Virus record (IMG/VR): IMGVR_UViG_3300047368_000324 | Location: 12,616-76,615 of that record | Strand: one strand, 5' to 3' | DNA from: a virus | DNA length: 64,000 bases | Translations under genes and position numbers: made by a program | Notes under the pieces: model-generated | What the model saw: only the letters and a program-made list of their open reading frames with translations | What the model was told of the DNA's origin: nothing | Databases searched by the model: none | Part shown: positions 57,108 through 64,000 of the stretch, one piece after another | How the letters are laid out: every line of letters starts with the position of its first letter | Position numbering within the stretch: position 1 is the first letter of the stretch

Positions 57108-57513
57108 TATCTTTAATTACACTAGAAATACTGCTTTTTGAGATTTCGTCATTATAGTATATCTCTACTAGCTTGATATTATTTTTTTCACAAAACTCTC
57201 TTTTTTGATGATCCCGCCTTAGCTGAGAGATGTAATTTATTTTATTCTTTCCATGAAAGAAGGGGGTATATTTAGTATGCTGTTTACCTTGAACTTCTAT
57301 TGCAATTTTTTTTGTAGCATTATAGAAATCTAAAGTCATTTTAGAGCCAACCACAGGAAACTCTTCAAATACTACATGCTCTTCCCATAGTTCTTGAAGA
57401 ATCTTTTTTACAGAAAATTGTATCTTGCTTCTGCTTGAGCCTGTCCAATTAATTTTATATTTATGAGCTTTAGGTACTCTTTTAAGGACACCGAATAATG
57501 TCTTAAATCGCAT
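57100..57513 (-). CDS. DUF559/Vsr-like endonuclease
   Basis: LDFY, IAIEVQG.QH and RD..K...C..N.I. Confidence 0.7.
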   Translation of the reverse strand: MRFKTLFGVLKRVPKAHKYKINWTGSSRSKIQFSVKKILQELWEEHVVFEEFPVVGSKMTLDFYNATKKIAIEVQGKQHTKYTPFFHGKNKINYISQLRRDHQKREFCEKNNIKLVEIYYNDEISKSSISSVIKDNE

Positions 57514-58594
57514 TACTAAATTTCTTAAATTCTTCGTAAAGAAAATTTGACAGCTCTTGATTGGATTCTAAGTAGTTCAGTAGTTTTTGTTCTCCTTGAA
57601 ACTTACTTTCGTATTCGATTGAATTGCTTTCAAGTTCTGCGATTAAGTCTTCTGAGAACGATATCCATGCACCCTTTTTAATTGCCATCTGAAATACAAA
57701 CATCATATCTAGGGCTTCTTTTTCTTTCCAGACAGAATTACCACCAGTCCTTCCGTATCTTATTGGATATCTTACTTGGGCTCCAGTTTTTTCATTCACA
57801 CTTTTTCTGAACCTTATTTTACAATAATGACCAATAGGATCTCCCTTATCTTCAATTCTGGTTGCAGATGGATTAGTAAACATGATATCAGATGTATATC
57901 TTTCTTCAAACTCTAGTATGAAATTTGCATAATGTTTTACAGCGTTTCCGCCCGCTTGTTTTGTTTTAGGTCCTCCTCTCGAGGCATAGGGGTTTGTTGA
58001 GACTTCAACCCTCACCTGACTAGTTAAGATCATTAAGTGGCCCATTTTACTAACTGGTAGAACCATTTTTTTAAGAAAAACAGAAGTTATTAAAGCTCCT
58101 CCAGCGACCTGCTCTGGCTCATCGAAACCTTTATCTAAATCATTGATCCTGCATAACGCATCTACGCTATCAATAATGAACATATATCTTCTATCATCTT
58201 TATTTTCCATCACTAGATTCCTGACGAGCTCAAAGACTTTCTCGAATACATTACAGTCAAATACAAAAAACCTATTAGGATCTGTATCTATACCACTTCT
58301 TTCTAGGATATCTTGACTTAACCTGCCTTCTGACTTAACAACGATAACCATCGCTTTTTTTCCAAAGTGATCTTGAAAGTTCTTGGCAAAAGAAAGAGCG
58401 CAGCTAGTTTTACCGCCTTCATTTATCCCTGTAAATCTATGAGCACCAGATGTCAAGCCTCCGCCCATTGCTATATCTAAATTTAAGCTTCCTGATGGAA
58501 TTCTATAATTAAGCTCTTCAAAATTATTGAAATGATATTTTTTATTGTCTTTATCGTTTAAAAACTGTTCTATTTGTTCTTGAGTATTATTCAT
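57503..58594 (-). CDS. recA: RecA-like recombinase
   Basis: SGSLNLDIAMGGG, GGKTS, IIDSV, SQVR and GGNA. Confidence 0.85.
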   Translation of the reverse strand: MNNTQEQIEQFLNDKDNKKYHFNNFEELNYRIPSGSLNLDIAMGGGLTSGAHRFTGINEGGKTSCALSFAKNFQDHFGKKAMVIVVKSEGRLSQDILERSGIDTDPNRFFVFDCNVFEKVFELVRNLVMENKDDRRYMFIIDSVDALCRINDLDKGFDEPEQVAGGALITSVFLKKMVLPVSKMGHLMILTSQVRVEVSTNPYASRGGPKTKQAGGNAVKHYANFILEFEERYTSDIMFTNPSATRIEDKGDPIGHYCKIRFRKSVNEKTGAQVRYPIRYGRTGGNSVWKEKEALDMMFVFQMAIKKGAWISFSEDLIAELESNSIEYESKFQGEQKLLNYLESNQELSNFLYEEFKKFSNAI

Positions 58595-58907
58595 TTAAAA
58601 AATCCTTAATATTTTTCGTCTTAGTTTGTATTTTGAAATCTTCGCCCCATGAAAAAGAGAAGGTGTCCTGCTTTTGCTGGCTAGAAGTATAATCTTTATA
58701 TTTAAGGGATAGTATATTGCCGCCCTTTTTTGTCTTAAAGAAAAAGAGACTTGTCAACGGAAAGTCAAATTTTATATTACTCCAGAATAACTCATCTGGA
58801 TAATCTTTGAGCAAACTCTTTAGTATTGAGACCTGCTTGAAATAAGCTTTCGAGTTTTGAATTAGTTCTTTTGAGACAAGTCTTTCTATTACCTTTTTCT
58901 TATTCAC
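58587..58907 (-). CDS. hypothetical protein
   Basis: ORF in operon. Confidence 0.6.
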   Translation of the reverse strand: MNKKKVIERLVSKELIQNSKAYFKQVSILKSLLKDYPDELFWSNIKFDFPLTSLFFFKTKKGGNILSLKYKDYTSSQQKQDTFSFSWGEDFKIQTKTKNIKDFLNE

Positions 58908-58930
58908 TTGTTGAGTATAGCATACTAAAC

Positions 58931-60877
58931 TTAAGTAGTCAAGACATTATATTTTGGAACGTTATAGTTTATAAACTTTTTAACTGAAACTTTATACTCA
59001 TGCTCAAGGTCTTCGTTTTTAACGTCTTTAAGTTCATTTACTATTTCATGAAAATATTGATTTGATAATTTGCAATGATTTTCAGGGATCAAAAATTGAT
59101 GAATCCTTTTGCCTTCTTTTATTGATAGTAGTTTGCCTTTTTCTTGCTTTTGGCAAATTTCATTTATGTTTGTATTTTTTAATATATCTATTACGCTAGA
59201 ATTATCTACAGCTTTTTGGTAGGATTTTTTAAGAGCTTCAATCATTTCTTCTTTTTGCTCTATTTCTTTATCTTGGTTTTGTATTTTGACTTTGTTCTGC
59301 TCAATATTTTTATTTATTTTATTTAAATCGCTAGATATTAATTTAATATCTTTTTCTTTTTCTTCAAGAATTTTTTTAGCGTTTTTAACTTGATCAAACT
59401 TATCTTTCTTTTCTTTGTCTAGATCTCCTCGTTCAACTTTAAATCGCTCTTGATCTTCTTTTAATTTTTGCTGCAGCGATTTAAGTTCTTTTATTTCTGC
59501 ATCATATTGATTTTTTTGATTTACTAAATCTTCTTCAATCAATTTTATTGATTTCTTTATTTCTTTTTCAATAGATTGGGTATTTTTTATTTCTTTTTTA
59601 AGATTAGATAGTGATTCGTTTTTATTTTCTACTTCAATCTTGATGCATCTTAGTTCATCTTCAGATTCTGATAAACAGTTTTGGTTATCTTCTATTGTTT
59701 GTTGCATTGATTTGCAGGCTTTTTTATTGTAATCTAATTCTTTTTGAGATGATTTGATTTTAGCATTAATTTCATAAAGATGCTCCTTTGCTTGTTTGTA
59801 TTCTGGCTGACTTTTAGGTAGATATTTTTCTATACTAATATTTGCCGCGATCACCAATAATATGGCGAGTGGGTCGAATACCAATACAAGAATGATAATA
59901 ACTATCCTGACTGCCTGAGATATGTCGAATTCTTTCCCAGTAAAATCTGCGATTGCTTCTGCTACATATTTTACAGGCCCAACTTCAGCCTCTAGTTCTC
60001 TAGCGCTATCTGTAAAGCCTATCTTTTCTACTTCTAATATGTCAATCCTTCCATGCGCATCTGCAATGTTTTTAGAGAACTGCTCTATTTGGGGTAAAGT
60101 TGTCGTATCTTTTTCATTACTTCTATTTCTGAATTCAGTTATCTTATTTTCTATCTCTTTGATTTTTTCATTCGCCTTATTTCTGAAAGTTGATATATTG
60201 CTATTATATTTTTCAATGTTTGCTAATATTAGATCTCTAGAAGTTTTTTGATTTTTATATAGTTCTTCCAGCTTTTTTTTCTTATTAGAGAATAATCCTC
60301 CATTAGAATTTTCTAAAGCTTGCACGGCAGCATCTAGCTCTTCTAGCTGTTTCTTTTCGTCAGATATTCTAGATTGCTCAAATTGCATATCTTTATTTAA
60401 TTGTTCTGTAATATCTTTAATTTTTTGTGTTTCTTGATCAATGTCTAGCCTTGCTGTATCTGCTGTTTTACTACTTCGGTTTTCAAGGTTTGCCACTTGC
60501 TGCTTCTGCCTCTCGATAAAATCTTGCTCTCTCTGGATTTTACTGTCAATTGTTTCTGACATTGCAACAGCTCTTTGAGTGTTTGTTTCGTGCTCTATAT
60601 GAGCCCTTGATAGGAACCCAAAGATACCCATGCTTGTAATACCCATGAGTACAAGCGTCGCAAAACTTAAATAAGTTTTTACCAGAAAAGGAGAGCTTTT
60701 CCAATTTCTATGCAGCCATATTGCAGTAACAATTTTTCCAATTTCTAAAACTCCACCCATAATAACTACGGAGGTAATTGACCCTGGGAATATTGTAGCT
60801 AAACCTATGACGCTAAAGTATGCAGCAACAGCAGATATACTTAACGCGGATAGTAAATACAGTATACAAAAAAACAT
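58931..60877 (-). CDS. membrane-anchored long coiled-coil protein
   Basis: N-terminal TM segments, ITSMGIFGFLS, EAEVGPVKY and VFDPLAI motifs seen in large phages. Confidence 0.7.
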   Translation of the reverse strand: MFFCILYLLSALSISAVAAYFSVIGLATIFPGSITSVVIMGGVLEIGKIVTAIWLHRNWKSSPFLVKTYLSFATLVLMGITSMGIFGFLSRAHIEHETNTQRAVAMSETIDSKIQREQDFIERQKQQVANLENRSSKTADTARLDIDQETQKIKDITEQLNKDMQFEQSRISDEKKQLEELDAAVQALENSNGGLFSNKKKKLEELYKNQKTSRDLILANIEKYNSNISTFRNKANEKIKEIENKITEFRNRSNEKDTTTLPQIEQFSKNIADAHGRIDILEVEKIGFTDSARELEAEVGPVKYVAEAIADFTGKEFDISQAVRIVIIILVLVFDPLAILLVIAANISIEKYLPKSQPEYKQAKEHLYEINAKIKSSQKELDYNKKACKSMQQTIEDNQNCLSESEDELRCIKIEVENKNESLSNLKKEIKNTQSIEKEIKKSIKLIEEDLVNQKNQYDAEIKELKSLQQKLKEDQERFKVERGDLDKEKKDKFDQVKNAKKILEEKEKDIKLISSDLNKINKNIEQNKVKIQNQDKEIEQKEEMIEALKKSYQKAVDNSSVIDILKNTNINEICQKQEKGKLLSIKEGKRIHQFLIPENHCKLSNQYFHEIVNELKDVKNEDLEHEYKVSVKKFINYNVPKYNVLTT

Positions 60878-61101
60878 TACTTACCTTCCTTGTTTGAGTT
60901 TGGAAAAGCGTTAGGGTGCGCTTGCTTATTATTTTGGCCTAAGCCATTATTGCAATTCGAGTAATAGTGCTCGGTGTTATCATTTCCATAGTAACCTCTA
61001 TCCGATTTAGTCTTCGAGGGGTCGTGGACTGTTTGGTTAGAATAATTTGGTTTATTTAGGTTAGATGGATTATTATTATTTGGGTAATCTATTTCGCTCA
61101 T
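60877..61101 (-). CDS. Asn-rich hypothetical protein
   Basis: GTGTA motif upstream. Confidence 0.5.
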   Translation of the reverse strand: MSEIDYPNNNNPSNLNKPNYSNQTVHDPSKTKSDRGYYGNDNTEHYYSNCNNGLGQNNKQAHPNAFPNSNKEGK

Positions 61102-61119
61102 ATTGATGTTATTTACACA

Positions 61120-61314
61120 TTAATCAATGGTTTCTAGAACATCTTCTTTTTTAACATGAACCTCTTCATGAGTGTCTTTATCTTGAATCACTATGAAATG
61201 TTGCCCGTCTAGAGGGCCACCAGATTCTATATATTCATCTATAATAAAACCCTTTTTATTCGAACCCCTGCATATATAAATGCAGGATCGAGGATATTGT
61301 CCAAAATGTTTCAT
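61120..61314 (-). CDS. hypothetical protein
   Basis: GTGTA motif 9 nt upstream. Confidence 0.6.
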   Translation of the reverse strand: MKHFGQYPRSCIYICRGSNKKGFIIDEYIESGGPLDGQHFIVIQDKDTHEEVHVKKEDVLETID

Positions 61315-61334
61315 GTAATAATTTACACATGATA

Positions 61335-62351
61335 TCAGAAATCATCCTCTAAGGACCCACTTTGTTGGTACTCTCTTACTCTTCTCTCAAAGAAATTACC
61401 CATGGCTTGCACATCCACAACTTCACTAAGCCATGGAAAGGGGTTTGTGTCACTAGGGAATTGGTACCAGTCTAGACCTATTCCTTGCAACCTGCGATTT
61501 CCAATGTAGTACATGTAATCCACAAACATTTCGGCGTTTAAACCTAAAATACCTGTTGGAAGAACATCATGAGCATAAGCTATTTCTAGCTCTACTGCTT
61601 TCTTCATGTGTTCTACAAATTCCTCTTGTATTGATTTTGTCCAAATCGATGGGTTTTGTTCGATTAAAGTGTTGATTAAATATGTTCCGAATGCAATATG
61701 AGAACTTTCGTCTCTTAAAGTATACTTAATTTGATCAGAAATACCTTGTAATTTATTTTGTCTTCCTAAAGCAAGTAACATAGCAAAACCACTGAAGAAA
61801 AAGGTTCCTTCGCAAACGATCCAATATGTTAGGAAATTTCTTAATATTTCTTGCTTACCTTCCTTTGTGTACGGGTCGAAGTCTTGCCTGCTAATGTCGT
61901 TTGTAATACTCATTAGAAAATCGTCTTTAGCTTTAATGCTTGGAATAGTTTCATATGCAGTAAAGACTTCATCAATATCTAAGTCTAAGCTGTCGCACAC
62001 ATAAACAACCGTTAAGTTGTGAAGGCTTTCTTCAAACGCTTGACGAAGGATGTACTGGCGGCACTCAGCGTCAGTAATAAATCTAAAGGCGCTAAGCAAA
62101 AGATTATTACCAACCAAAGACTCAGATCCAGCAAAAAACCCAAGGCAGCGTTTGACAAGTAGTTTTTCATCTTCTGTAATTTCATTATTCTTCCATTGTT
62201 TTATGTCGTTCTGCATTGAAATCTCTGTTGGCATCCAATTGTTTGCGCAACTCTTAATAAAGAGGTCCCATGCATATTTGTGTTTGTGGGGTAATATCCT
62301 GTTTACTCCAGCGATATTCTTTGTTAATAGTTCTCCTGTTTTATCTTTCAT
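61335..62351 (-). CDS. nrdB: ribonucleotide reductase beta subunit, class Ic-like
   Basis: W.PTE, EESLH, EGTFF, RDESSH and NFFERRV.EY. Confidence 0.92.
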   Translation of the reverse strand: MKDKTGELLTKNIAGVNRILPHKHKYAWDLFIKSCANNWMPTEISMQNDIKQWKNNEITEDEKLLVKRCLGFFAGSESLVGNNLLLSAFRFITDAECRQYILRQAFEESLHNLTVVYVCDSLDLDIDEVFTAYETIPSIKAKDDFLMSITNDISRQDFDPYTKEGKQEILRNFLTYWIVCEGTFFFSGFAMLLALGRQNKLQGISDQIKYTLRDESSHIAFGTYLINTLIEQNPSIWTKSIQEEFVEHMKKAVELEIAYAHDVLPTGILGLNAEMFVDYMYYIGNRRLQGIGLDWYQFPSDTNPFPWLSEVVDVQAMGNFFERRVREYQQSGSLEDDF

Positions 62352-62402
62352 TTTTTATGATACTAGCATTTATAACGATAATAGTCAAGAAAAAGATCAC
62401 TA

Positions 62403-63038
62403 TTATTTATCTGGGGTTGGACATATTTGTTCGATTAATTTATTCTTAATATCCTGTGGAGAATTATACCATTGAATTGCGGTGTCCTTTCTCATTTTTT
62501 GTATTTCAAGCTCTTTTTCTAATAATGAATTTTCTATTTCTTCTATTAAGCCAATACTTATGTCAGATATATCAATATCTAAATCAAAGGATATGTTTAT
62601 GAGATCTTCAATTTTATTTTGTTCTTTAGCTTGAGATGCATTAATAAATATTTCTTTAGCCTCTTCTTCTGTCCCAGGGTTTTTGTCTGGGTGCGTTGCC
62701 TTAACAATCTCCCTATAGATAGACTTTACCTCTTCAGAATCTACATTTTTATTATTGTCACCTTTTTCTCTTTCTTGCTCTATTGGTTGAAGTGGGTTTT
62801 CTGCCGTAGGGTTTTTTGTGCAATATTCTCGTATTGTATTAAAGAAGTTTAGTTTGGCTTCGCTAAGTAAATCTAGAACTTCTTCATATTCTATATCCAG
62901 GTATTTTGTTTTATGCTTAAGCTTTCTTATTATTTTGGCCTTTTCTGGGTCTATTTCTTTTTTTGTGTTATTTTTTTTATTCATGTGATTATATTTATCA
63001 ATATTATCTCTTTTCCAATTTTCAAACATATTGAACAT
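62403..63038 (-). CDS. J-domain protein
   Basis: YREIVKATHPDKN. Confidence 0.8.
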   Translation of the reverse strand: MFNMFENWKRDNIDKYNHMNKKNNTKKEIDPEKAKIIRKLKHKTKYLDIEYEEVLDLLSEAKLNFFNTIREYCTKNPTAENPLQPIEQEREKGDNNKNVDSEEVKSIYREIVKATHPDKNPGTEEEAKEIFINASQAKEQNKIEDLINISFDLDIDISDISIGLIEEIENSLLEKELEIQKMRKDTAIQWYNSPQDIKNKLIEQICPTPDK

Positions 63039-63054
63039 GTATATTTTTACACAC

Positions 63055-63082
63055 AAAAAAGGAGACTCCGAAGAGTCTCCTT
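63055..63082 (-). terminator. intrinsic terminator
   Basis: ggagactc-cgaa-gagtctcc with a T run on the minus strand. Confidence 0.85.
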
Positions 63083-63106
63083 AGAGAATTTAGCTAAGCT
63101 AAAATA

Positions 63107-64000
63107 TCAGTCTGTGACGATGATGTCCATTTTGTAATTATTTCCAACAATGTTATCAGAAAATACAAACTTACATCCTGTACTTGATACTGTTCCAACT
63201 AACATAGGTATGATAATTGAAGCGCTAGCGTCCGTATTTCTCATCATCGCTGCAACCGCTGGGGTTGAAGTGAATCCTTCCATGGAGAGATCGCTGCTGA
63301 AATTAATTTCAACAGACTCCGCTCCAGAAGTGAGCGCTAGTGTTGCGACTTGGGTCGTTTTTTCTTCCAGTCCAAGCCTGGTATCTATACTTGCAATTTT
63401 GTTAGCCTCGGTGCTTTCTTCAAGAGAAATGCGAGTGTCGATACTGTCTACGTCTTCGGAACGAGCAGTTTCTTCTATCCCGAATCGAGTATCTAAGCTG
63501 GCAATGCTAGTTGAATCCGAAGATCCAGCGCTTGCTAATCTTGTGTCGATACTGTCTACGTCAGTAGAACGAGCAGTTTCTTCTGTTGTAACTCTTGAGT
63601 CAATGCTGGAAACCTTTGCGGCTTCGGTGCTTTCTTCAAGAGAAACGCGAGTGTCGATGCTGTCTACGTCTTCGGAACGAGCAGTTTCTTCTGCTGCAAC
63701 TCTTGAGTCAATGCTGGAAACCTTTGCGGCTTCGGTGCTTTCTTCAAGAGAAACGCGAGCGTCGATGCTGTCTACGTCTTCGGAACGAGCAGTTTCTTCT
63801 GCTGCAACTCTTGAGTCAATACTGGAAACCTTTGCGGCTTCAGTGCTTTCTTCAAGAGAAACGCGAGTGTCTACGCTGTCTACGTCTTCGGAACGAGCAG
63901 TTTCTTCTGCTGCAACTCTTGAGTCAATACTGGAAACCTTTGCGGCTTCAGTGCTTTCTTCAAGAGAAACGCGAGTGTCTACGCTGTCTACGTCTTCGGA
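63107..64000 (-). CDS. 5'-truncated repeat-rich fibre-like protein (not in track)
   Basis: open frame from the window edge to TGA63107, ending ...NYKMDIIVTD. Confidence 0.8.
   Translation of the reverse strand, partial: SEDVDSVDTRVSLEESTEAAKVSSIDSRVAAEETARSEDVDSVDTRVSLEESTEAAKVSSIDSRVAAEETARSEDVDSIDARVSLEESTEAAKVSSIDSRVAAEETARSEDVDSIDTRVSLEESTEAAKVSSIDSRVTTEETARSTDVDSIDTRLASAGSSDSTSIASLDTRFGIEETARSEDVDSIDTRISLEESTEANKIASIDTRLGLEEKTTQVATLALTSGAESVEINFSSDLSMEGFTSTPAVAAMMRNTDASASIIIPMLVGTVSSTGCKFVFSDNIVGNNYKMDIIVTD
63400..64000 (-). repeat. 108-bp coding tandem repeat
   Basis: tctacgtc recurs at 63447, 63555, 63663, 63771, 63879 and 63987. Confidence 0.9.

Noticed and set aside
63400-64000. 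Tandem repeat as CRISPR
   Set aside because: It has no unique spacers and is an in-frame 108-bp coding repeat.
1-64000. Alternative genetic code (stop-codon reassignment)
   Set aside because: Core genes are intact and densely packed under the standard code, and the small early ORFs have their own promoters rather than being fragments.
1-64000. Bacterial chromosome origin suggested by clpC, dnaE, dnaB and recA
   Set aside because: These genes are divergent and interleaved with terminase, capsid and typical phage early genes.

Overview
This window is a 64-kb piece of a large tailed dsDNA bacteriophage genome (Caudoviricetes, standard genetic code, AT-rich). The host may belong to the PVC superphylum; that is inference only. 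Four zones are visible. (1) 1-14.1 kb is an early/accessory region of about 45 tiny genes, almost all with their own sigma70 promoter and largely leaderless. It is transcribed convergently toward ~9.95 kb. It is punctuated by seven copies of a rigidly spaced ~80-bp palindromic element (TAAGTC-N13-GACTTA-N13-CTAG-N13-TAAGTC-N13-GACTTA) and contains a ~500-nt structured ncRNA candidate with a boxA leader. (2) 14.1-35.6 kb holds Hsp20 with a sigma54 promoter, glycosyl- and methyltransferases, a GNAT-like protein, a 3846-aa virion protein, an orphan antitoxin domain, PhoH and an atypical putative lysis cassette. (3) 35.6-46.2 kb holds a phage sigma factor, an ERCC4 nuclease, terminase large subunit, prohead protease/scaffold and capsid genes. 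(4) 46.2-64 kb, on the minus strand, holds ClpC, a split DnaE with an interposed exonuclease, NUDIX, a PD-(D/E)xK nuclease, primase, DnaB, RecA, a class Ic-type RNR beta subunit, a J-domain protein and a truncated repeat fibre gene. The strongest candidate for a novel system is the 80-bp element array that delimits the early-gene cassettes. All annotations come from motif recognition by eye; no database search was run.
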